A stretch of 64,000 nucleotides of DNA from Lingula anatina. Its lineage: Eukaryota; Animalia; Brachiopoda. How positions within the stretch are numbered: position 1 is the first letter of the stretch; each line of letters opens with the position of its first letter. A program made the position numbers and the translations under genes. Shown here piece by piece: positions 36,281 to 48,500 of this stretch. The notes under the pieces are model-generated. The model was not told the origin of the DNA. It worked only from the letters and a program-made list of their open reading frames with translations, and did not search any database. The stretch lies in NCBI GenBank assembly GCA_051362555.1, contig CM120640.1:13144001-13208000 (forward strand), given 5' to 3'.

Positions 36281-38718
36281 AGCTTTCTATTCAAATTGTT
36301 TTGTTTTTTTTATCAAGAGCTTGTAAAATATGTGGGTATTACCTCCAATATTTTGCACAGAAATATCGGAGGTAATACCCACATATTTTACAAGCTCTTG
36401 ATAAAAAGAAAAACAACAATTTGAATTGATACATACAGAGCTAATGAAACTGTTCTCTTATAAAGTTTTCTCTTTGGAAATTATCAGACGTTACAAGACT
36501 TACTTAATATATAGGAAAATCTTTTCAATAACAGATCCAAAGTATGTACGCATATTTTTAGAAAAAAATTTGCATAGCATCTCTTACCAAATTGGCAGGT
36601 ACAAAATGTTAATTAGGTGACAGTAGAAGCAATCCAAATTGTGCCTTTGATAAAATTTCTTTTAAATTAAGTTTTACCTTCAGAACAAATTACTTGTCTC
36701 AAAGTTTTCTACTGTACATTTTTTGCAGGACACATAAAGTGTAAAATGGGAGTAAAAGAGACCAAAAAATACCTCCTCAGCAAGAGCCTTCTGTTGTGCC
36801 TTCCACTGCTCTAATTCCTCTGTAGCTTTTCTCCTCTCTTTTTCTTTGGCATTTTCAATCCTTTTTCTTTCCTCATCATCAACCTTATAAAAACGAAACA
36901 AATCCAAATAAAACTAACAAGGTAAGTAATGCTTACTTCTATAAGGTGCAATAAATGCATTTTCTGAAAAATCCATCTTCAGTGCAAAATTTGTTAGTTA
37001 TCCTCCAAGTTACAGAATGGCTCCTTTACTTGGCATTACATGAATAGTCTAGACCTGAATTCTAATTGAAATGAGTAACAGTACATGGCTAGTATTATGA
37101 ATCATTAAGTGCCTTTTTATCAAGAAAAGTGCTTTTCAGTATTTTTATTATAAAAATGTTATTAAATAACTAGATTATTAAAAATTAATGATAATAAAAT
37201 AATACTTCACCCTCATTTGTTCTTTAATAGAAAACCTATCAGCTTCTCTTTTCTTGTCAGCTTTGTCTTTAGCATCTTGTTCTGCTCTTTCATGGGCTTT
37301 CTTGATGACATCTTCTCGTTTCTGCCTCATGAATTCTTTATTGTCTGTTTGGTAAAATATACTATGACAAATATTTACAAATCATTGAAATAATACTGTA
37401 ACAGTTTTAATGGTGTGAACCCTTTTATTTCAAACTTCCAAATGGCAGACACATAATATATGTAAGTTTGTTCTGTATGAAAGATATTCATTAAAAAATA
37501 TGTTACTTGAATATATTAAAAATTATTTGAACTTGTAACTTGTAATTGCAAACTACAGTACTGGTGCTTATAGAAGTAACTGCCAATTTAAACACATGTG
37601 GATTTGGAGTCTACATTTCTTAAATCATTGTATGATGGAATGCCAGATATTTTAGAGTTATGGTAACTAAATCAAACCTGGTGCTGGATCTTACTTTTTT
37701 TTAAATAAATACAAAATTTTAAATGAACATACTAAAATCTGGTGACTGCAGCTGAGACCACAACACTGGTTCTTTTTTTGTAAGGTTGAAAACAACAGCT
37801 CCATTGCCAACCTGTGCTGAACTCTTTGTGTCCTCTACTGGAGCAAATAACAGCACTTCAAAGAAATATGGTGGATAGCTAACCTAAACAGATAATGTGG
37901 GTGGAAAAAAACAGAAAAAAAAACATGTCAGTACATTTAGAAATAAAATTTGATTCAAGGTCAATTTGACTCAACCTATGTACCTGTATTACCAGTACCT
38001 CTACTCACATATGAGTACACTTGGTTTTTGTTCACATACCTGTACATGTATGTACAAACTTTATGAATATAAAGCAAAATACGTTGCATATTCTAAGCAG
38101 AAAGCATGCGCATGAGAGTCGATTTCATGTCATCGTTGTTTAACCACCGATTCAGGATCACAGCATGCTTTCCCAACTCTGTGAAGTTAAGTATCCTTTC
38201 CTGATAATTTTTATACAGTATGTTTCATGTTACCTTTACCAAAATTTATGAACATAAAGCAAAATACGATGCATGCTGTAAGTGGAAAGCATGCTCATAA
38301 GATCGGCAGAATGTTGAAATTTTTATGCCCATTTCCCATTTTTGTTATCCAGTATCCCGGACGTGCAGATATTTATGTTATACACTGTAAGTAAAAGTTA
38401 TTACATTCCTATTATTCATCTAACTTCATGCAATTAAGCAGTGGCGTAAGTTTTTAAATCGGGTTGTTTACACACATACGGAGAGAGAGAGAGAGAGGAC
38501 TTATAACTACCTTGCAGGTTGTATGTACGAATAAGGCGCCCCGAATAAGATCTTCATTGTAAAACTCAGACAAACAGTTCCTAGTAAATGCTCACCTTAA
38601 GATACTCCTCCGTCGAAAATATATCAACTTTGTGTGACTTAACTCCTTTCAGAGGTACTACAATATTGACGTTACTTTCTGTTTCTTCCCAGGTATAATC
38701 TTTCACTGCGATCGGCAT
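33541..38718 (-). CDS. DNAAF4: Dynein axonemal assembly factor 4 (DYX1C1): CS/p23 domain, charged linker, TPR repeats
   Basis: 11 exons: 38718-38596, 37883-37733, 37344-37211, 36883-36773, 36096-35979, 35729-35596, 34904-34804, 34550-34470, 34307-34235, 33993-33888, 33647-33541. Motifs [64 protein letters not shown]. Phases are consistent. Confidence 0.96.
34308..34469 (-). other. U12-type (minor spliceosome) GT-AG intron in DNAAF4
   Basis: 5' splice site GTATCCTT. Branch-point-like TTTCCTGAAC about 11 nt upstream of the 3' splice junction. Splicing here restores the frame KMPS|LYSNRAAC. Confidence 0.85.
36230..36281. repeat. (TAAA)n microsatellite
   Basis: About 13 tandem units. Confidence 0.9.
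36289..36426. repeat. Near-perfect 138-bp palindrome (hairpin or MITE-like)
   Basis: TTTTTATCAAGAGCTTGTAAAATATGTGGGTATTACCTCC is mirrored exactly by GGAGGTAATACCCACATATTTTACAAGCTCTTGATAAAAA. Outer arms are ATTCAAATTGTT / AACAATTTGAAT. Confidence 0.9.
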
Positions 38719-38928
38719 GTTCTACTATAAAAACCTCAAAATATGACTGTAACTACACAAAACAATAATCTAGGTTACACTCAAGGTTAAGGGCAATGTG
38801 ATTACCAACCAATCAACAGGTACTTTTAAAAACCTACAGCTCTAAAAGAAGAGCATTTATTGGCTGCTGGACCGGAAGCACATGGCGATTTGTAAAATTA
38901 GGACCGAGAGGACGATCGTATCGTAATC
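38719..38928. promoter_or_regulatory. Bidirectional promoter shared by DNAAF4 and STOML2
   Basis: Only 210 bp separate the two ATGs. CCAAT at 38809, ATTGG at 38859, ETS-type CCGGAAG at 38872 and YY1-like CATGGCG at 38881. CpGs are locally retained. Confidence 0.75.
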
Positions 38929-41900
38929 ATGCTTTCCAAAAATATTCTGCGTTTAAGGGTATGTTAACAAGAAGTTGACTCTAAATGATTGATTGATTTT
39001 TTGTGAAATATTGTTTTTTATTCAAGCAACTGTGATAGTTTTCTTTAGGCAAACGATGTCTACCTACGAATTATTGAGGGACGTTCTTATGCAATTTTAC
39101 TAGTAAATTATTTTTAATTTTCAGCCTTTTTAATATATTAAGGTTCATATAAACATATACGTTTAAATGCTATATCTGTTGTATCATCCTAAAATGGAAA
39201 AAATGGACCTCTTATATATTCTTACAATTTGGTTATTTGGACTGCTTTGAAGTTTGAGGAGTGATGTCACTTGTTCCAGTTGTGTCCTCACAACTTCACA
39301 GTCAGTCAACACAACTGTGGAACCAATTTGTTTGTACGTTTTTTAACACCAGAATGCATCACAAAAGCGATAACTTTCATTTCATTAAATACTTTCATTT
39401 GTTCATTAAAATTATTCTGCATAAAGCAAAATTTGTTAACTACATGTATTATGCCCCATATAATAATAATAATAATAATAATGATAGCTGTAGCTGTGGA
39501 AAGTCTTACCCAAGTTTTCTCTGTCTACATATATATTCACATTTTTTTGGTATTTACTGCATGTGTGTCTATGTGTCAGTACTAGCTGTTCTTAGTCATG
39601 TTTCAATTACGTATACTAGTATATACAGTTCCAATAGCAGTAGTTGTAAGGCAGCATACAAATGTCCAATATGAAAATTGGTAGAAATCTTATACTCTTG
39701 GAACTTTTATTATGGCAGTTTTTGTAAACAAATATTTAATGGCACTTATTATCTTCCTAATGATAGGATTGAAAGATTCTAGGATTTGGTAGGCTAGTTA
39801 ACCAGGTGGTTTTATGTTGATGTGTTGGTAGGTTCAATTTCAATATATTTAATTTAATGGCAAATTGCTTGCAACAGTTGAACTCCAGATAAGGGAAAAT
39901 AAGTAGCTTCCAAAACGGTAGTTTTTTTAATGGAAATAAATGATACATAAACTGAACCTTTCTTCCAAACTTAGGTGGTGAGTGTTGTTTTTTTCTTTTT
40001 TCAATGTAAAGAAGAGTGCTCAATACTGATTTTTTTTTAGCTTAGTTTAAAAGTTTTCATTTATGACAGATCCACAAGTAGATTTAGCTGTTGACTGTTT
40101 TGACATACTTGGTCATAGCTGAATTACCTGTTCAAGTGAGGGTGAAAAGGTAATAAGCTCAGTCTTGATGATAACTTGTTAGTCCCTCTTGACCTCACAC
40201 CCCCAGGGTAAGCTTAAAAAAGTCACCAAATACATTGTGTGCTCCCTAATCTTTGTTCATGGTGTGTTTCTTCTTTCTTATCCAGATGGACTCCAAAACT
40301 TAGCATTTGTCATTGTATATTGACTAGTTTGGACTAAAATTATGAAAACTCCAACTAAAATGGATATTTATATGTTTATATATTTATCTGCAGACTTGAT
40401 GAAATCATCAATCATACGAGTAAATGGTTATTAGTTTAATTTTTTTTTTTAGATGCTTCGCCCCTTGCCACAGCAAGTCAACCATCATCAGACTCGATAC
40501 CGGAGTGACCTACCTATTAACTATGGGGTGTTATTTGTACCTCAGCAAGAAGCTTGGGTAGTGGAAAGATTTGGCAAGTTTTTGAGAATATTAGAACCTG
40601 TAAGCATTTTATTTTCAAACCTCTGTACAAATTAAAATAATAAAAATTAAAATAATTTTATTACAAACACAATACAAATGAAGTTTCAGTTGGCACATAG
40701 GTGCTGCTTATAAATATATTGTAGTAGTACTAGGACCCCCAAGATTAGGTCCTAAAGTAATATTTTGCTAATGCTTACTTGATGTATGGTCTAGTGGCAC
40801 ACAATTTATTCATTCCAGGGTTTGAATTTCCAAATTCCTGTGATAGATTCCATTAGATATGTCCAAAGTTTGAAAGAGTTGGCCATAAATATTCCTCAGC
40901 AAAGTGCTATCACTGTAGGTAAGTGCCTTTAATGCAGAAGTTGATCTTAACTTGAAGACCAAAAAATGTAGTCTACTTTAATCATGGTTGAATCTGTAGT
41001 GAGATCCCTGATAGGATGCTTCTTATTATTTTTAAAAAGGTTTTTGTCATAGTGTGAACTTACAACAAAGCCAAAGCAAAAAAGCGTAAAGCATATTAAC
41101 ATCTTTTAACATTTTTTTAAAAAATTTGATTTTTTAAATAGCTTATTAAATTTTCTTTCTCAGATAATGTCACCATAGCAATAGATGGTGTTCTGTACCT
41201 AAAAGTAATGGATCCATATAAAGTAAGTAGTTTCTAGGATATTACTAGAACTTCTTTGTTTCTTTTTATTTCATATGGGTTTATATTAACAAAGCAAAGT
41301 ATTATGTAAAGATAAATGTTAACCCATTGATTTTATCACTACATAAAGGATTTATGCATAAAGTATGGTTTGTATTTTTTCTCATGAATTTAGTTTATTT
41401 GAACAAAGATAATGAAACCTTGTTGCTTTGATGAGTGAGTTTTGCAATAGAGGTGCACTTTTCTTTTATTTAGGCTAGTTATGGTGTTGAAGACCCAGAA
41501 TATGCCATTACACAATTAGCCCAGACAACTATGAGATCAGAAATTGGTAAAATTGAACTAGATACAGTGTTCAGGGAGAGGGAGACCCTCAATACATGTA
41601 TTGTAGGTAATTATTATAAATGAGAGAAAAAACTACCAGTTTCACTTCCTAAAGTTTCATATATATAACAGGACTGTTTCTAAAAGAGTGGGCTGTCCTA
41701 AAAAATATTTTTCATCTAATGTGTTTAATTGTATTGGTGTAAGCATAGAATAATATTTACTGTTGCACTTCTCTATATTCCCTCTTGAGATGCATGAAAT
41801 ATTTTGTAAATGGTAGAAAGCTAGTTATTCATATCACTTTTAAGTTTTTATAACAAGGATGGACTTTTTGTGAATTTTTATTTCAGAGTCAATAAACAAA

Positions 41901-44617
41901 GCTTCAAACTCATGGGGAATTGAATGTTTGAGATATGAAATTCGTAAGTAAAATTATTTTTGTAGTCCCTGTGTCATAAATAAGAAAATAATCCACAAAA
42001 GCCTTGAGACAGTTGTGCAACATGTAGACTCACCCTTCAAGAATGCGACGGGAAGAGGCAAAAGATTGCATAGCTATGCAATGCAGATTTTAATAACCAT
42101 GCATATTATAGATTTAATAATCAAAATTTGAATCTTATGTATGGAAGACATAAGTAATCATGAAAATGCTCTGTTGTATACTATGTATCAGACAACTCAT
42201 TTTACTTGACAAGACAGATTGTTTGCATTAGCATTTTAGAAAAACAACAAAAAATGTTCTAGTAATTCTGTTTTTCATCAATTTCTTGATCCTGTCGTTT
42301 TATTGAAGGGTATGTCAATACATTTTCTGACTTGCAGTTCATTTTGAATTGAAGGCAACTTTTTTGAAATTTTGAAAAGGTGTATGCTATTTTGTCATAC
42401 TAATCTATTGGCTGTTAACCAGGTGATATAAAAATGCCAGAAAAGGTGGCAGAGGCTATGCAGTTGCAGGTTGAAGCTGAAAGAAAGAAAAGAGCCTCCA
42501 TTCTGGAGTCAGAAGGTAGGTGTGATATTGACTTGATTTTCAAGACTTCTTACTTTTTAGTGCGGTGTCTATATAGTAAATGTGGTTTGCTGTATATATG
42601 AGCAGTTTTGATTACCTTTGCTAAGGAGGAAGTAATGTTCTCACCTACATTTCTTTCTGTTTATCACCAGCCTAACTTAAAAAGTAAAGGACAGGTTTTG
42701 ATGAAATTTACAAGAACTAAGAAATGGGCTGTCTTAAAAGTGATTAGATTGTGGTGGTGATTTGGTTAGATCACCATTCACCCTATTTATGTGGATCAAA
42801 TGCAGTACTTCAAAGGCTTTGTTTGTGTATATTATCTCCATCCATCCTGTCAAACATGTACCATAAGCTCCACCCTGCTCACTTCTCATGAACCCATAAT
42901 ACATTTGCAAGTCCACTGCTCAACTCATTTGTGCATAATTTGAAAGTATCCCTTAGTACTACTTTTGCCCATTGTGTTTGGACAACTAGCACAATCATTA
43001 ACAGCCTGAGTTGTAGACTGATTTACTTTTGTGGAGGTCTACACTTTCTGAGTGCTTATCTAGTTCTGAAATACACATTTATTGCATCGTGCTGGTGTCA
43101 GAAGACATCTGTTCACACACAAAATACTATGATCTGGGTCTTACAAATTTCAACAGTGACAGTCAAGTCTAAAACTATGCAGACTGGGTCATAAATCCTG
43201 AGCATCCATTTTAATATCACATGAAGTTCCTGGACATAATATCACATCTAGTTCCTGGACATAATGTCAGAGAGTAGATTTTAAAAGAAAATTGTTATTC
43301 TTGGTATCTCCAGGTGTGAAAGTGGCTGAAATTAACGTAGCAGAGGGCAAGAAACAGGCCACAATTCTCGCCTCTGAAGCTGTGCGGACAGAGAATATCA
43401 ACAGAGCTTCGGGTACAGTTCTTACTCTCACATGTTGACCACTTCTCCTTTCCTAGCATTTTATGTTTTAGAAATTTGAATCTGAAAATCTTATCTTATT
43501 TGTAATTTCTTAATTACAGACAATGAGAACACTCTTCATTTCTCTTATATAATTGAAACTTGTAAAAGATTTCTGAATAGATTATAACTGTACTTTAAGG
43601 TGAAGCAGAGGCTATTTTAGCCATAGCTAATGCGCGTGCAGATGCAACACGGGCAGTTGCCAAAGCCATTGGAGCTCAGGTAATGTAATATCCCCAATTG
43701 TTGCTAGGATACCAACAATCTATTGTTAAATGTTTGAAAAAATCTTTGAATGAAAAAACTAAAAACCAGTTGGTACTTTGCATTAAGTTGTACATTTGGT
43801 CTTTCACACATTGGCATTGTTAAAAAAGACTCTTATTAACAGTTTTGCCAGTGTCATATACTTAGAGCAACTCTGCACAAAAAAAAAATTGTCTTTAGAG
43901 TAGGATTCCTTAGATGTTCAAGAAAACTGAAATTAACCAGTGACTGGAATCATTAGTGAATTCACACCTCTGCCTTGAATTTCAGAATGGTATGAATGCA
44001 GTGTCCATGACTGTTGCTGAGCAGTACATCTCTGCATTTGGCAATCTGGCAAAGACTGGTAATACTGTGCTTCTGCCAACAAACACAGGAGATATAAGCA
44101 GCATGGTGGGGCAGGTACGTGTTTTGTATGTGTTTATGGATGAACACAAGCATGCATGCACACACATGCATACAGACATGTACACATTGGTTGTGTATTG
44201 CCCCTGAACATACATACACAGATTGCTAAAATAATCTGTGGTAAAACTTATCATCGTCTAATCTGTCAGTTGATTATTTTGGAAAATGTTACAATCATTT
44301 AGAAAACTGAAGGGGTTGTCCTTTCACATGATATTTGGAAAAAAGAAATTGCTTTTTATAAAGCCAAACATTATTGAACTTTTCCCATTGACTTTCAGGC
44401 AATGACAATATACAAGACTCTAAGTACACCATCTCAAACACAATTAATTGAAGATGCTAAAGGTGCAGAGACTGCGGAAAATGAAGAAGAGGAGATTGAG
44501 ACTCCAGCAGTGTCACCAGGGACAAGTGTGGAAGCAGAAAATGATATAGGATACAGTGATCCCGACTCTTTAGGCCCACATGAAGAACCTGATCCTACAA
44601 AGGAGAAAAATGACTAA
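38929..44617 (+). CDS. STOML2: Stomatin-like protein 2, mitochondrial
   Basis: Exons: 38929-38958, possible 39049-39102, 40453-40599, 40819-40918, 41164-41222, 41474-41606, 41887-41943, 42423-42515, 43314-43412, 43600-43679, 43986-44114, 44399-44617. Motifs FVPQQEAWVVERFG, ASYGVEDPEYAITQLAQTTMRSEIG, QVEAERKKRA, VAEQYISAFGNLAK. Confidence 0.96.
42607..42810 (+). mobile_element. Decayed HINE/Helentron fragment
   Basis: ATTACCTTTGCTAAGGAGGAAGTAATGTT 5' palindrome-like start followed by GGTTTTGATGAAATTT...GATTAGATTGTGGTGGTGAT, typical of this family's core. Confidence 0.45.
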
Positions 44618-45343
44618 TAATGTAATATTTTAATATTAAGGATTGGTGGATAATGTGTTGAATCCGGAAATAGTTCATCTCCCAGTGATGAAAGACCTCT
44701 TGTATATATTTTATTAGCTTAACACAAAACTATCTTGTTAGTGATAAACATTGATAAGGACTTGATTTTGAGTGACTGAATAAAGTAAATAGCTTTATTT
44801 ATATTTCTCAGAGAAAAAAGTGCAAGGCTATTTGTATTCTGATAACATAATTTGTAGCAAGTTGCTGTATAGATAATATTGTGTCATTATTCAACAAATA
44901 GGTGTTTTTAGGCTAGACCAGATAAGAATCCAGTTTGAAACTAGCTTAGACCCATCAGAATTTTTGTTTGGAATAGGTTAAAGAACGTTTCACCTGGGCA
45001 AGATAAGAAAGGAAAGCATCACTGCATGTGTATTCATGACAGTAATGGCACATGTATTCATGACAGTGATGTTGGGATTATACCTTTCGGATTCCACACC
45101 ATTCATAAATAATTTGTAAATAAAAAAGTCTTTATTCATCAGGGTATTAACCAGAATATCAACATTTGATAAATGCCATTTTGTTTGAAAAGTGAAAACT
45201 TTGTTATTCAAGAATTCTAGCCCTGATCTAAGCTACGTGTAGTTCTAAAATTAACTGGATTCTGCTTGGGCCTTCATAATAATTTGCCTGACTCAAAACA
45301 AAATGAATGGCTTGCTGTATTAGAATAATCTAAAAATAAAGAG

Positions 45344-45414
45344 AAACTTATTATTATGTCAATATGACATAAACAACAAAACTTATTATTATGTCAATAT
45401 GACATAAACAACAA
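45344..45414. repeat. Short tandem duplication (~35 bp x2) containing a palindrome
   Basis: AAACTTATTATTATGTCAATATGACATAAACAACA occurs twice in a row. Confidence 0.85.
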
Positions 45415-45573
45415 GAAGTTCATTGTGTGCACTTTCGGAGTCTTGAGGAGGTCACCCAACGCCCCAGCTAAGATAAAAGTATAGATGTCAATGTGACGTA
45501 ACATGAACCCAAGAAAGGGTGCCTTGTTTTCACAGTTACAGTACATAGTGGAACGCGCCCTGAGGAGGTCGCT

Positions 45574-48500
45574 CTAACGTCCCAGTTCTTCCCTGAGAGA
45601 GCGCAGTTTGGAGTTCCAGGCATCCCAGTCTACGTACGCTCCCTCCAGATGACGTTCTGGTAGACTGCCTTCACCACCGAAGTTTGCAAAGATAGCGGAG
45701 CGACCATGCAAGACACGGACATTATCGAAGCAGATAATTTCACCTGTAACAAAGCATACATGCATGTCAGTAGGCAAACGAATCATTAGTAATTATGAGA
45801 AGCAGAATGAGCTGGAATGGAGAATTTTCAAAATTCGCACCACATTCGGGAAGAAATTTCAAATTGACCTACATACTGATGACCTAATAAGAATACTGTT
45901 GGAATACTCAGAATGCGCTTAAATCAGCCTGGAATGATTTGTTCACATTTCGGGTGTATAAGCACTCAAATGCAGGTCTAATGTAGTTGGAAAACTAGGA
46001 ATATCGATAATGCTGTCAGAATGCAGTCAGAACAATAAGAATACACTACGAATGCCGTACGAGTGTAGTTCGATTGCCGACTGAAATAGTATTTCGGCAG
46101 CCATCGAGATGCATTCGAGTTGCATTCCGTCTCATTTGAGGCACTGCAGAACATTCTAGCAGGATTTGAAGCGTTTTGCCATTTCGGTTCTCCCTCGAAT
46201 GCGATCAGAATGTTTCGAATGCTGTTGGAATGGCGTAAGAATGTTAAGAGTGCACTCAAAGTGCAATTAGAATACACTTGGGATGCACTTCGAAAGTTTT
46301 GAGCATGAGCAAAACATTCCGATCGGACACAAGAATGGGCCCGTATATTTGGAATGCACTCAGAATTTTTAGAACGCAATTCGAATATCCAGGAATATAC
46401 AAGGATTCTCATTCCGACTACATTCAAGCTCATTCCGCCTCTAGTGTGACTAGGGTATAAGAAAAAATTATTTGGCTACCGCAAAATATTTTAATGACCA
46501 TTGCTAAGTAGGGGGCTGGCCCGCTGCGCATGGTTGAGTGAATCTTGAATCAATAGAAATTATATAGACTTTCTTTAAAATTGACTGAACACGACTGAAC
46601 AGTGAAAACGTATCAACGGAAATCATCCCCGGTAGCAAACTACGGAACCATTCCCCATCGTACTTATAACTGTGGATCGATCTATCTCCGAGGGGATTCT
46701 CTATAAATTGCATCCATCTTAAGCGGCTTAGGGGTAATTAACCAAGCTTGCATTTACAATAGGCCGTGCGACTTGGGGCTACCTCGGATGATTCCCATTG
46801 GACACACAACTGTATCAAATGAGACGACCAGTTTGCAGCCAGTGGCATCTCCGTGGTGACTATCGCCTCTTACCTGGTTCCATTTTGTATTCCACCATAT
46901 TTTCCTTGGCGTAAAAGGAGTGGTAAAGTAGTATGTACGCCTTGTACCACTCCCGAGCATGTTCCTTGTCGGTATTTAAGAAGTCGCATCTCCCGTGGTT
47001 TGATATGCGGACATGGTTGTAGTTCCCATCGCCATCCAGTCTGGGAGAAGTAAGAAATAAATAATATGAGAAGCACGTCAAGAACTGAAGAATTAAGGAA
47101 ACTATCCAGTTTAGCAGAGAACCGAAACATTGTCCCACAAATTATGTGACTTTGCGATAACGTCAGCTTTAATTTTACATATCAGAATTGCGGCCACAAA
47201 ATTTGGCGTATATTTTGGAGAACCTTTCAGTGTATACCCTGGTTAAAACTAAAAGCTAGAAGGCATTTCATTTTACTGTATGGTCGTGCCCCTTGACTGC
47301 TGGAGATAATCCCCAACATGTTGGTCGTGCCCCATATCATGGAAGTCGACAACAGTTTCGGCGAGTAGGTTGAAGGCGGCTAAATTGGATTTTCGAATAT
47401 TTTCGGCAGCATGATATCCGTCGGCGAATTGATTTGTTCCTCCCATGTTCGACTGCTTGATGCAATGAAGAAACTGGACCTAAGCATAAATGAAGAATAA
47501 AGGTGACAGACATGGCAAGAAAGTGACGAAAGGGAGACCATTTGTCTCTATTTCTGTAGAATTATAAAATGTATTATGAACGTCTCACAAACTAAAAGAA
47601 TAATGTAAACTTACGCCTGGCATGTAGTCAAAATAAGATAAGTCCGTGTGCATTTCCAATGCACCGGCTGTATAGGCAGCATTCTTTGGATCAGGACGCG
47701 TGTATACTTGAAAAGTGTCCCTAACCATTGGAAATATAGGAAAACAATTAAGTATGGATAAGCAAACGTTTCTACATGACCTAAAATTGCAAATTGATAA
47801 GTTGAAAAGTTGAGAGTCAATGAAGTTGTAAATAATGAAAGCACTTTTAAACATTTGTTTAAAATTGAATTAAGCGAGATTTGAATTCATTTTTACCCTT
47901 TTTACTTTACAAAAGTCTGTTATAATTACAGTATGTATAAAATGTAATACTTATTAAAAATGAGTTCATTACAAAAATGATGGGAATGTTTCGCATTATG
48001 CTTTACATGGTAAATCTTAACTAAGGAGAAAATCAACGAATCTATACCCATAGTTGCATGGTCTAATGAAGGCTATGGCGTTCCCGAGTGTGACAACAGC
48101 CCCCGTATCTTGTGGCGCATTATGAACCACCGCAATCCCTGTGACCCGTATGGTGTCCAGAAAGCGGTACATTTGCTCATTGTCAGATATTACCTGGAGT
48201 GCAAAATATGTGAGGACAACATCGCCGATCACAGATGATTTTCCACATGCCGACGCCGTTAACTGATTGTACGGTCAATGAGCAATTCAGTTTTAAATGT
48301 GTAATCAATACTATCAGGTAGTCACAAACAGAAATTAAGTGTAGAAATTTACTTAAAATGCACTCAAACTTTTGTTTGCAAATATGGGCATGGAAGCGTA
48401 TTCTAATCCAACGCAACTTCTTACTAAAGGAAATAATGTTTTGTCTATATACATAGCATTTACATTTAAGATTTTTCAACTCCATGGTAAGTGAAAGCAT

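Noticed and set aside
31171-45573. Iron-responsive elements at the CAGTGN loops I checked in 3' UTRs (near 31616, 44683, 45020)
   Set aside because: The flanks do not form the required 5-bp upper stem with a bulged C.
45978-46460. 151-aa and overlapping ORFs in the BBOX intron
   Set aside because: They fall inside a GAATG-rich non-autonomous transposon and show no protein motifs.
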